Below, in pieces: positions 8,034 to 17,773 of a stretch of 64,000 nucleotides of DNA. Origin of the DNA: Promethearchaeota archaeon (GTDB lineage: Archaea; Asgardarchaeota; Lokiarchaeia; Sigyniarchaeales; SOKP01); contig JAEOUA010000005.1 of assembly GCA_016839555.1 (NCBI GenBank), forward strand, positions 64,001 to 128,000, given 5' to 3'. A program made the position numbers and the translations under genes. Positions within the stretch are counted from its first letter, which is position 1. Every line of letters starts with the position of its first letter. The notes beneath the pieces were generated by a model, which saw nothing but the letters and a program-made list of their open reading frames with translations, was not told the origin of the DNA and searched no databases.

Positions 8034-9161
8034 TTAAAATGGAAAATGATAATTATCTAAATGCAATTCTTTTTTGATTTGCTTAATATCTTTTTGAATA
8101 CTTTCATTAATGGGAATTCCCATATTTTTTCGTTTTACTTGGGTAATATATTCTTTTTCGCCAGCTGTATATATCCGTTTTTTACCTGGTAACTTTTTAG
8201 ATGATCTTAAAGTCCTCATTATTATACCTGAAATAGTTTTAAATCTCTCAAGTGGGATAAAGTTCTTTATATTTATTGCTAAGAAGAAATGTCCCACTAT
8301 AAGTTTTTTCTTCCCCTTCTCAATTATTCCTTCCGTATCTTTTAAAAACACTCCATCTTGTAATGCGGAAGAGAGAATCTCTACAAAAGTAGAATATCCA
8401 TAACCCTTATATCCAGAAGGATTCGCGCAATTACCCCCAATTGGTAATAATGCTGCTTTTTTTCGCTTTAAATCGTTTAGTATTTTTTCTGGGTTTGTTT
8501 CTGATTTTCCTTGTTCATTTAATACGACTCCCTTTGGAATACGCTTATTTTTTCTTTTATACAGTTCAATTTTTCCCTTCTGAATTATTGATGTGGCACA
8601 ATCAAGCAAAAACGGGAAACTTTCATCTGTGGGCACACCAGCTGTTAATGGATTTGTTCCCAACATTGGTTCAGCACCATTAGTAGGAGGAACTGCTGGA
8701 GTCGCATTCGTTGTGGTTATACCAATACAACCTTCTTGTATAGCCATTTGAGAATAATAACCAGCAATGCCAAAATGAGTAGAGTTTCTTACAGCAACGG
8801 CTCCCATTCCATATTTTTTTGCCTTTTGAATGGCTAATTTCATCGCCTTATATGCGATTACATGCCCCAATCCACAATTTCCATCAATAACTGCCGTAGT
8901 TGGTGAATCCTTAATAAGATCAATTTTGGTTCGTGGATTATATATCCCTTTTTTGATTCTTTCATAATACATTTTCAATCGTTGTATTCCATGAGTCTCT
9001 ATTCCTTTTAAATCTGCTGTAATTAACACATCAGCAATAATCTGCGCATCTTCTTCTGGTACATTAAGCTTTATAAAGACATCCTCTAAAAATCCTCTTA
9101 ATTGCTGCTCACTTATATAAACTTCCTTCTCTTCAGTTTCTATTATTTGCATAAAAATCAT
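8034..9161 (-). CDS. Ldh2/Mdh2-family (ComC/AllD-like) NAD(P)-dependent 2-hydroxyacid oxidoreductase, paralogue 1
   Basis: ADLKGIETHG, VRNSTHFGIAGYY, LGTNP, DCATS, YKGYG, IYTAGE. Confidence 0.9.
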   Translation of the reverse strand: MIFMQIIETEEKEVYISEQQLRGFLEDVFIKLNVPEEDAQIIADVLITADLKGIETHGIQRLKMYYERIKKGIYNPRTKIDLIKDSPTTAVIDGNCGLGHVIAYKAMKLAIQKAKKYGMGAVAVRNSTHFGIAGYYSQMAIQEGCIGITTTNATPAVPPTNGAEPMLGTNPLTAGVPTDESFPFLLDCATSIIQKGKIELYKRKNKRIPKGVVLNEQGKSETNPEKILNDLKRKKAALLPIGGNCANPSGYKGYGYSTFVEILSSALQDGVFLKDTEGIIEKGKKKLIVGHFFLAINIKNFIPLERFKTISGIIMRTLRSSKKLPGKKRIYTAGEKEYITQVKRKNMGIPINESIQKDIKQIKKELHLDNYHFPF

Positions 9162-9351
9162 TTATTTCATTATATTCGCCAACTATACTTTCTTTATAAT
9201 TTTATTAATTATTTAATAAAAATGATACTTTTAAGAAAATTTTCAGTAGTATTTTTTTGATTTTAATATTAAAATCAATTATTTTGTAAATTTCTAAAAA
9301 TCAAAATATTTCTTTTTTAGAAACAAAGAAGTAAACAATATCATATATAAA

Positions 9352-10923
9352 GTGAAAAATATTTTTATATTAATAATGGTTAAAGAAAAGGTTTTTTTAC
9401 CCGGAGCTAGTGGTTCGATGGGTTATGAAGCCTTCAAACAACTCTGGGAAAAAAGAGATAAGTATGATATTGTCTTACTTCAGCGCCCCTCCAAGAAAAA
9501 CAAAAAATTATTTAAGCCTTATGAAAAACAGTGTGGAATTAAATCAATTCCTGGAAGAGGTATTGTAGAAAAGAATGGATTTAAAATAGTTTGGGGAGAT
9601 GCTACTAATTATGAAGATATTGAAAATGCATGTGAGGGGATTGATTGGTGTTTATGTCCGATGGCATTCATATCCCCCGCAGCAGATCGCAATCCTAAAA
9701 TGGCAGAAGCAGTTAATACAACCGCAATTAAGTATATAATAAAAGCCATTGAAGCCCAACCAGGGGGAGCTAACCATATAAAATTTATTTATATAGGCAC
9801 TGTAGCAGAAACAGGAGATAGATTACCACCGATCCATCATGGAAGAATTGGTGACCCTTTGAAACCGAGTATATTTGATTTTTACGCTGTTACCAAGATT
9901 AAAGGGGAGAGGACAGTTTTGGAATCAAATTTAAGATATTGGGCATCCATACGTCAGACTTTTATTATGATTCCTGATGTATTATCACTCCAAGATCCTA
10001 TTATGTTTCATCAGCCTATTAATTCTTTTATGGAAAATAATACGTGGAGGGATGCTGGAAGAGGGTTAATAAATTGCTTAGACATTCCAGAAGATTCCAA
10101 TTTTTGGAGAAGGTGCTATAATATGGCTGGAGGCCCATCTTGTCGGATTACTTTCTATGATTATTTAAACAGAGTAATGGAAATAAATGGGCTGGGTAGT
10201 ATTACAGAAGTTGCAGAGAGAAAGTGGTTTGCTCTACGCAATTTTCATATGCAATATTATGAGGATAGCTATAAATTAAATGAATACATACATAATTGGG
10301 GGGATTCAATGGAAGATTTTTTCGAAATCATGAAGGAAAACCGACCATTCTCTTTAAAACTCATTTCATGGCTATGTAAAAAATCGAAACGCTTTCAAAA
10401 GATAGCAAAAAAGGCAACCTATAAACAACTGAAGGAATTAGCTATGGATAAAACGGGCACATTATATTGGTATAAAAAAAATTTAGATATGAGAATATCG
10501 GCATTTTATGGATCATATAAAAAATTTGAGTCAATTCCTGAGTGGGGGATTGATATGCCAACCATGCATCCAGAACCATCTTGGCATAAATTAAATCATG
10601 GATATGATGAAGATAAAGTAAGTCTAACTATTCAAGATTTAAAAAAGGCAGCAAAATTTAGAGGAGGAGAGTTAATAACAGAAGAATGGAATGGTAATAT
10701 GTATGAGAAAGTGAAATGGAAATGCGCATTTGGGCATGAATTTGAGTTTAAACCATATACAGTTCTTAAAGCAGGACATTGGTGTCCAGATTGCTTACCG
10801 CCACCATGGAATTACGATCAAGAAGCCAAAAAAAATCCTTTTTTCGCACAAGTATGGTATCCCAATCATAATAAGGATGAAGATAATTTCTATCCGGAAA
10901 ATTGCTATGAAGATATCCTCTAA
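9352..10923 (+). CDS. Extended SDR (NAD-dependent epimerase/3beta-HSD-like) with C-terminal Zn-ribbon; probable start ATG 9376
   Basis: PGASGSMG Rossmann motif, YAVTK (YxxxK), C-terminal WKCAFGH...HWCPDC. Confidence 0.8.
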   Translation: MKNIFILIMVKEKVFLPGASGSMGYEAFKQLWEKRDKYDIVLLQRPSKKNKKLFKPYEKQCGIKSIPGRGIVEKNGFKIVWGDATNYEDIENACEGIDWCLCPMAFISPAADRNPKMAEAVNTTAIKYIIKAIEAQPGGANHIKFIYIGTVAETGDRLPPIHHGRIGDPLKPSIFDFYAVTKIKGERTVLESNLRYWASIRQTFIMIPDVLSLQDPIMFHQPINSFMENNTWRDAGRGLINCLDIPEDSNFWRRCYNMAGGPSCRITFYDYLNRVMEINGLGSITEVAERKWFALRNFHMQYYEDSYKLNEYIHNWGDSMEDFFEIMKENRPFSLKLISWLCKKSKRFQKIAKKATYKQLKELAMDKTGTLYWYKKNLDMRISAFYGSYKKFESIPEWGIDMPTMHPEPSWHKLNHGYDEDKVSLTIQDLKKAAKFRGGELITEEWNGNMYEKVKWKCAFGHEFEFKPYTVLKAGHWCPDCLPPPWNYDQEAKKNPFFAQVWYPNHNKDEDNFYPENCYEDIL

Positions 10924-11099
10924 AAATTTTTTCTTTGATTAAAGCTATTTCAAAATTTCTCATTTAGTCAAATTTTTTAATATTTAAAAGAGAAATAAGC
11001 AATTAAATAGAATATATAACTAAGTAAAAAGTAAAGTATTTTAGGATAAAAAATCGAATTATAACTTAATTATTTAAATTAAAAATTGAGATTTTAAAA

Positions 11100-12671
11100 G
11101 TGACTGAATTAGTAGAAGAACAAAAAATTAAGAATAAATATGATGCCATAGTCATTGGTTCTGGGAATGGAGGTTTAGCAGCCACCGCAAAATTAGCAAA
11201 AGAAGGAGTTAAAGTCTTACTTTTGGAGCAACATAATTTACCAGGTGGATTTGCCACTAGTTTTGTACGGGGGCGATTTGAATTTGAAGCTTCCTTACAT
11301 GAACTCGCGGATTATGGACCAAAATCCAATAGAGGAGGCATAAGAAAATTATTCGAGGATCAATTTAATTTGGATGCTGAATTTGTTTGTGTTCCAGAAG
11401 CCTACAAATTAATCTTGACCGACCCAGAAGAACATTTGGAAATAGCTCTACCGTTTGGTTTAGATGAGTATATTGAAACTATTGAAAAAGAAGTTCCAGG
11501 AAGTAGAGAATCAGTTAGAAATTTTTTTAATTTAGCAAAAGAAATACGAGCTGCATTTGGATACATTGCTTCTACTCAAGGTAAGCCCGATCAAGGTGTT
11601 TTAATGAAAGAATATACAAATTTCTTAAAAACAGCAGCATATTCTGTAAAAGAAGTCCAAGATGCGTTAGGGATTCCTGAAAAAGCAAGAAAAATCTTAA
11701 ATGCCTATTGGTGCTATTTAGGGCTCCCAGAAAACAGAATTAATTTTACATTATTTGCTTCAATGGTTCTTGTCTATATTGATAAGGGAGGCTGGATTCC
11801 TGTAAATCGCTCTCATGGCTTTACTACAGCACTAGACGCAAGAATTAGGGAATTTGGGGGTGATATTAATTATAATACAAAAGTAGAAAAAATTTTAGTA
11901 AAGGAGAGACAAGTAGTTGGAGTAGAAACCTCATATGGTGATAGAATTGAAACATCTCATATTGTCTGTAATGCTTCTCCTACATTAGCATATAATCAAT
12001 TGATATACCCTAAATCAGAGGTACCTGAATTTGCATTTAAAGAAGTAAACGCAAGAATCCATGGTTTAAGTGCCTTCTGTGTATATTTAGGGTTAGATGC
12101 AACAGTTGAGGAATTAGGATTAAAAGAATACAGTTATTTCATCATGGACGATATGGATACTGAAGCTGTATATGATTCTTGGAAAAAATTAGAAGCGCCA
12201 CGGGCGCAAGCTACGGTGGTTATAAATAATGCAATCCCTGACTGTTCGCCACCAGGCACCACTATGATGTATATCACCACTTTATTTAAACCAGACGCTT
12301 GGAAGGATGTTAAACCTGAAGACTATGTAAAAACAAAAAATCAAATTGCTGAAAAATTGATTGATCATTTTGAAGAAGCTACTGGAGCGCCAATTAAGGA
12401 ACATATTGAAGAAATAGAAGTTGTCACTCCCGAAACTTATGCCAGATATACGGGTACTTATAAAGGAATCATATACGGATATGAACCAGAATCTTGGGAT
12501 TCTTTAGTGCCGAGATTAATGAGTATGGGCAAGGATCAATATATAAAAGGATTGCGGTTTTGCGGAGGATTTGGCAGAAGGGTTCACGGTTACTCCAGCA
12601 GTTTAAATGATGGTTTTACGGTAGCATTATTGACTTTGCAAGATATTAAAAAGGGAGGTGCGGCGGAATAA
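11100..12671 (+). CDS. Phytoene desaturase/retinol-saturase-like FAD-dependent oxidoreductase, copy 1
   Basis: DAIVIGSGNGG, LLEQHNLPGG, FEFEASLH, TPETYARYTG..GIIYG, GLRFCG. Confidence 0.88.
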   Translation: MTELVEEQKIKNKYDAIVIGSGNGGLAATAKLAKEGVKVLLLEQHNLPGGFATSFVRGRFEFEASLHELADYGPKSNRGGIRKLFEDQFNLDAEFVCVPEAYKLILTDPEEHLEIALPFGLDEYIETIEKEVPGSRESVRNFFNLAKEIRAAFGYIASTQGKPDQGVLMKEYTNFLKTAAYSVKEVQDALGIPEKARKILNAYWCYLGLPENRINFTLFASMVLVYIDKGGWIPVNRSHGFTTALDARIREFGGDINYNTKVEKILVKERQVVGVETSYGDRIETSHIVCNASPTLAYNQLIYPKSEVPEFAFKEVNARIHGLSAFCVYLGLDATVEELGLKEYSYFIMDDMDTEAVYDSWKKLEAPRAQATVVINNAIPDCSPPGTTMMYITTLFKPDAWKDVKPEDYVKTKNQIAEKLIDHFEEATGAPIKEHIEEIEVVTPETYARYTGTYKGIIYGYEPESWDSLVPRLMSMGKDQYIKGLRFCGGFGRRVHGYSSSLNDGFTVALLTLQDIKKGGAAE

Positions 12672-13918
12672 TGAATGACAAAGATTATGAAAAGATTGAT
12701 ATCACTATTAAAAGCAATACAAAGGATATTTTTGCGTTTACTAAATTGGTACCAGACAGAATAAAGCGAATTGAAAAGGCATCTAATGAACCTTTAACAG
12801 AGGATCCGATTAATGATCTTGCACAAAAACTCCATCCAATAAGGCAACATTTAAAAATTGATCAAATTATTGATAATACCAAATCTACAAAAACATTTAG
12901 GTTAATTTCAGATTTTGAGAGAGGAACAGAACAATTAGCCTATTTCCGTGCTGGACAATATTTAAGTTTAAAAGTAGAAATCAATGATGAATGGATTACC
13001 AGACCATATTCCATCTCTTCAAGTCCAAAGGAGTCGTTAGAGGGATTTTATGATATTACAATGAAAAAAGAAGAAGATGACGGCTTTTTAACCCCCTATA
13101 TATGGGAAAATTGGAAAGTTGGCACTAAAGTGATAAGCTCTGGTCCAGAAGGCTTTATGTATTATGAACCTTTAAGAGATAAAAAGCACATTTTAGGGTT
13201 GGCAGGGGGCTCAGGTATCACACCATTTAGATCCATAGCAAAAGCTATTGCTGAAGGTGAAATTGATGCCAAACTAACGCTTATGTATGGATGTAGCGAT
13301 GAAGATGATATAATCTTTTTCGATGAATTAAAACAATTAGAAAAAGAAAATCTAGATAAAATTAAAGTAGTAATAGTTCTAAGTTGTGAAGAAGTAACTT
13401 TAAAGGGCTGTGAAACGGGTTTTCTCACAGCGGAATTGATTGATAAATATGCTGATGTCTCTAACAGTTCACTCTTCATCTGCGGCCCCCAAATTATGTA
13501 TGAGTTCGTTGAAAAAGAATTGGAGAGATTTAATTTACCTCCCAAACAAATAAGGCGAGAAGCATTTGGAGAAATTAAAAATATTTCGGCATTTAGCGGA
13601 TTTCCTAAAGATAAAATTGATAAAAATTTCAAAATTACCGTTCATATTGGTGGAATGATAAAAGAAGTACCGGCAAAATCGACCGAATCCGTATTAGTGG
13701 CTCTAGAAAGGGCCAAATTAGCCCCACCCTCTAAATGCCGATCTGGTGAATGTGGATTCTGTCGATCCTTATTACTTGATGGTGATGCATATATATCTCC
13801 TATTTCTGATTGGAGAAGGGATGCAGATAAAAAATTTAATTATATTCATACTTGTAGCTCATATCCAATTAGCGATCTTGAATTAATAATTCCTAGAAAA
13901 CAACACAGAGATTTTTAA
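12671..13918 (+). CDS. FNR-like FAD/NAD(P)H reductase with C-terminal [2Fe-2S] ferredoxin, copy 1
   Basis: FRAGQY, RPYSISS, AGGSGITP, ICGP, EAF, CRSGECGFC...C; TAATG overlap with the upstream gene. Confidence 0.9.
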   Translation: MNDKDYEKIDITIKSNTKDIFAFTKLVPDRIKRIEKASNEPLTEDPINDLAQKLHPIRQHLKIDQIIDNTKSTKTFRLISDFERGTEQLAYFRAGQYLSLKVEINDEWITRPYSISSSPKESLEGFYDITMKKEEDDGFLTPYIWENWKVGTKVISSGPEGFMYYEPLRDKKHILGLAGGSGITPFRSIAKAIAEGEIDAKLTLMYGCSDEDDIIFFDELKQLEKENLDKIKVVIVLSCEEVTLKGCETGFLTAELIDKYADVSNSSLFICGPQIMYEFVEKELERFNLPPKQIRREAFGEIKNISAFSGFPKDKIDKNFKITVHIGGMIKEVPAKSTESVLVALERAKLAPPSKCRSGECGFCRSLLLDGDAYISPISDWRRDADKKFNYIHTCSSYPISDLELIIPRKQHRDF

Positions 13919-14002
13919 CAATCAGTTAGACTTTTTAATTCAATTAATTTTTAGTTTTTTTTCCTTTTAGTTATATAGTGAAAACTTTTAGTATGATTTT
14001 TT

Positions 14003-15445
14003 ATGAACGAGAAATTAAAATTTGGGATAATAGCCCTTGGAGTTATAATATTTCAATCTATTGTGAAAATTCTGGGAGTAATTATTACCCGCAGTCTTAG
14101 CTTTCTTTCGGAATCTGTGGATACTTTAGTAGATATTTTTTTTGTATCTTTAACTTTATATTCTATATATATAAGTCAAAAACCTGCAGATTTTGAGCAT
14201 ATGTATGGTCATCAAAAAATTGATTCTATTGGAGGGATGGTCCAAGGTATTATTTTAGTAAATATCTATATGATTTTAATTTATAATGCTATCCAAACAA
14301 TACTTATTCGAACTAGTATCGTAGAAAATCCCACATTGGGATTACAATTATTAATTGTATCCATAATTGTCAATCTGATAATTTCACAGATTCTAATCTG
14401 GCAAGGAAAAAAAAAGAAAAGCCTTTCTCTTAAAATGCAAGGATTGAATTTATTTCAAGATTCTCTCAGAGCAATCATTATAATTGTAAATTTTGTAATA
14501 ATTGTATTTTTTGATATTTCCTCCTTAGACCCCTATTTTAGCATAATAATATCAATAGTCATAATAATAAGTGCTTTCAAATTAATTAAAGAAGGAATTA
14601 ATAATGTAATTGATATAAATCCTGTGAGTGCTATAGTGCTAAAAGAACTTCAAGATCAAATTTTAACATTACATCACGTCAATGGTGTTGATAACATGAG
14701 GATACGATCCTCTGGGAATAAATTATTTTTAGAAATTAATCTTGCGGTGGAAGATCATATTTCTGTTGCTCATGCAGATGAAATTTCAAAAGCAATACGA
14801 CCAATGATTAATAATTATTTTCTTAACTATGATGTTGAAACTATAATAGAAATGAATCCTTTAAGTAGTGAAATGTCTTTAGGAGACAAAATTATTAATC
14901 TTATTTATTCATTGAAAGCTGAATATCCCGAGATTTTAGAAATTACAGATTTAAATGTATTTCAAATGGAAAGAAAATATTTTATCTCTTTAGTAATAAT
15001 TGTGAATAATGATCTTACTTTAACGAATGCCCATGAAAAAATCACTGAATTTGAACAAGATTTACAAAAACAAATACCCTTAATTTCAAGAATTATATCC
15101 CATATCGAAGCTAAAGATGTAAAATTAAAATCTTCTTCAGTAGATATGATATATGAAAAAATAAGTTCAGATCAATTAAAGAATTGGGAAAAAAAGGTTG
15201 AAAATATTCTTAAAACAAAATCTTATGTAAAAGGTTATCATGGATTTGAATTTTGGGATCTATCTGATATTTGCATAATTGAAATTCATGTATTTTTTGA
15301 TGGAGATATAAATATCTCAACAATTCATAATTACACCTCTGAATTGGAAGATTTAATTAAACAAACTATTAAAATTGACACCTTAAAACAAGTAATTATA
15401 CATGCTGAGCCGTTAAAAGGAAGAAGTGACGGAAAAATGTTTTGA
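14003..15445 (+). CDS. Cation diffusion facilitator with apparently three C-terminal dimerisation domains
   Basis: KPADFEHMYGHQK, six TM helices, then three repeats ending IIEMNP / ISHIEA / IIHAEP. Confidence 0.85.
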   Translation: MNEKLKFGIIALGVIIFQSIVKILGVIITRSLSFLSESVDTLVDIFFVSLTLYSIYISQKPADFEHMYGHQKIDSIGGMVQGIILVNIYMILIYNAIQTILIRTSIVENPTLGLQLLIVSIIVNLIISQILIWQGKKKKSLSLKMQGLNLFQDSLRAIIIIVNFVIIVFFDISSLDPYFSIIISIVIIISAFKLIKEGINNVIDINPVSAIVLKELQDQILTLHHVNGVDNMRIRSSGNKLFLEINLAVEDHISVAHADEISKAIRPMINNYFLNYDVETIIEMNPLSSEMSLGDKIINLIYSLKAEYPEILEITDLNVFQMERKYFISLVIIVNNDLTLTNAHEKITEFEQDLQKQIPLISRIISHIEAKDVKLKSSSVDMIYEKISSDQLKNWEKKVENILKTKSYVKGYHGFEFWDLSDICIIEIHVFFDGDINISTIHNYTSELEDLIKQTIKIDTLKQVIIHAEPLKGRSDGKMF

Positions 15446-15571
15446 ATTGTTTAGTAAATATGAATAATTAGTATTATTCAAATTTCTTAAGTTAAATATT
15501 TTTCAAAAATCTTAAATATATTTAATCTAAATGTGTTTTATAAGGAAATCTTGATGAAGGAATTATATTGC

Positions 15572-16051
15572 TCAAAACATTAAGATAACAAGAAATAATC
15601 CAAAAGAATTAAAAATAGTTCCAATAATAGCAAATGTGCTTCCCATTTTTCTCTCATTAGAAACACCTTCTATGCTTTCTGACTTGTTTTTATATATTAT
15701 TGATAGAATACCATGAGCTATACTAATAGAATAAATCGCTATAGGTAGATAAACCCTAAACGAGGTGAATATACTAAAAATAAATGCAATTATCGAGAGA
15801 ATTAAAGAGATCAATCCAAGTAGAAAGCATATATCTGAATATTTAATCGAACTAGTTAGATTTAGTGGTTCATGAGGTGTTGAATATTGTTGAGATTGTT
15901 CCTTCTGTGGTAATCTTGGATTTCTCGAATGGAGGTTTAATCGATTTTCTCGCAATTCATGACCTGAAAGTGATTCTTGAATATTTGCTCCACAATAGAT
16001 ACAGAATCTTAGGTTATTTTCTATTTCTTTACCACAATTAGGACAATACAT
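15572..16051 (-). CDS. Zinc-ribbon membrane protein
   Basis: MYCPNCG...FCIYCG plus three C-terminal TM helices. Confidence 0.75.
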   Translation of the reverse strand: MYCPNCGKEIENNLRFCIYCGANIQESLSGHELRENRLNLHSRNPRLPQKEQSQQYSTPHEPLNLTSSIKYSDICFLLGLISLILSIIAFIFSIFTSFRVYLPIAIYSISIAHGILSIIYKNKSESIEGVSNERKMGSTFAIIGTIFNSFGLFLVILMF

Positions 16052-16204
16052 AATGATTTTTTCGTATGATAAATATAAGTATCTAGGGAATTTTCTAAAA
16101 AGTAATATTGATGTGGTTTATAAAAATATTCAAAATGTTCGTTTTTAATCTTTAAATAAGACAAAAAATAATTATAATACTAAATATAATTAAAACGGTC
16201 ATCT

Positions 16205-17665
16205 ATGATGGAAAATTTAGAACATAGTTCTGCCAATATGGCCAGTTACGGCTTCGCAAAATTTCTCTCAGAATTTATCGAAATGGCATTTACAAGCTGG
16301 GCATTCTACTTTTATGAAAGAACCATTGGGCTCGCTTCAATATGGGTGGGTATTGGCTATATTATTTTTGGATTATGGAATGCGGTTAATGATCCTGTTA
16401 TGGGAATCCTTACTAATCGTCCTTTTAAATTTACACGAAAATTAGGAAGAAGATTTCCATGGATTATGATTGGGGGTATACCATATGTTTTAAGCTATAT
16501 TCTCATATTTACACCGCCAGCTATAGATCCAACCTCAGGGGCGTTGCTTCTTTTTATTTATTTGGTGTTCTCCACGTGTTTATTTGATACATTTAATAGT
16601 ATCTTCTTTATAAACTACGCTAGCCTTTTTCCCGATAAATTTCGATCAGGAAAGGAACGAAGAAAAGCAACTGGTATAGGCACACCCATTGGAATTTTAG
16701 GTGTGGCCGTCGGAAGCCTTGTGCCACCTCTATTAATCGACAAAACATCCCAATTCTCATATATCTTTCAAGCTATCATTATGGCTGTAATAGGCTTGGT
16801 TGTTTTAATGATTGCAATACCCGGATGTCGAGAGGATCGCATCACAATTGATCATTATTTAGATAAGTATGAGGAAATACAAAAATCAGAAGACAAGAAG
16901 GAGAAAGATTCTTTCTTTAAATTAATGATAAGAGCTCTAAAGCAAACCAGTTTTGTTGTATTTATTATAGGTTATGCTCTCTATCGTTGTCTAGTCATTT
17001 CTATGCAGGCATCCATTCCTTATGTTGTCGATTTTGTATTAATGAGACCAGAAGATTTTGTGACTTTACTCTCAGCTGGATTTTTAATTGGAGCTTTAAT
17101 ATCCTCTCCTTTATGGGCATTATTAGCACAAAAAACGAACAATAACAAAAAAGTGATGCTCATCAGCAGCGGATTAATGGTTGCGTTCACTCTTCCCTTG
17201 ACATTCATCACAAATTGGATAATTATGTTTATAGTGACATTCTTATGGGGAATAGGACTAGGAGGCTATTGGACGTTAATTAGTCCCGTATTAGCAGATA
17301 TTATTGATGAATCTGTTGTTAAAACAGAACGTCGGGAAGAAGGTGTATATAATGGCTTCTTACAGTTCTTTGGACGTTTGGGGATTATATTCCAGGCAGT
17401 AAGCTTTGCTGTAGTGCATATTCTCACAGGATTCCAAGTGGGTGTTGGTGGTGTAGCAATATATGAACTGTTTGGTATGGAATTCGATTTAACTTTTCTC
17501 ACAGGAACTCAGACTCCATTAGCTATATTCGGTATACAAATGCATTTCGCACTAATCCCATCTATTGCCATGCTGATTGGAACATTAATCTTCTGGAAAT
17601 TTTACAAACTTACTCCCGATAAAGTTGAAGCTCACCAAGCAAAAGTGAAAGAATTAAAATTATAA
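16205..17665 (+). CDS. MFS transporter, GPH (MelB-like) family
   Basis: WNAVNDPVMG, GRRFPW, LADIIDE...RREEGVY; ~12 TM. Confidence 0.9.
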   Translation: MMENLEHSSANMASYGFAKFLSEFIEMAFTSWAFYFYERTIGLASIWVGIGYIIFGLWNAVNDPVMGILTNRPFKFTRKLGRRFPWIMIGGIPYVLSYILIFTPPAIDPTSGALLLFIYLVFSTCLFDTFNSIFFINYASLFPDKFRSGKERRKATGIGTPIGILGVAVGSLVPPLLIDKTSQFSYIFQAIIMAVIGLVVLMIAIPGCREDRITIDHYLDKYEEIQKSEDKKEKDSFFKLMIRALKQTSFVVFIIGYALYRCLVISMQASIPYVVDFVLMRPEDFVTLLSAGFLIGALISSPLWALLAQKTNNNKKVMLISSGLMVAFTLPLTFITNWIIMFIVTFLWGIGLGGYWTLISPVLADIIDESVVKTERREEGVYNGFLQFFGRLGIIFQAVSFAVVHILTGFQVGVGGVAIYELFGMEFDLTFLTGTQTPLAIFGIQMHFALIPSIAMLIGTLIFWKFYKLTPDKVEAHQAKVKELKL

Positions 17666-17773
17666 ATCCTTCAAATTATCTCATTTTTTTATTATTTTTA
17701 TTAACATAACCTTTTTTAATTCTATAATGTTTTAATAAAAAGAAATTTCTATCTGAAATATCTCCTATGAATA

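Noticed and set aside
11100-12671. Carotenoid biosynthesis cluster (crtI)
   Set aside because: No phytoene synthase, cyclase or prenyltransferase near either copy, so the gene symbol is withheld
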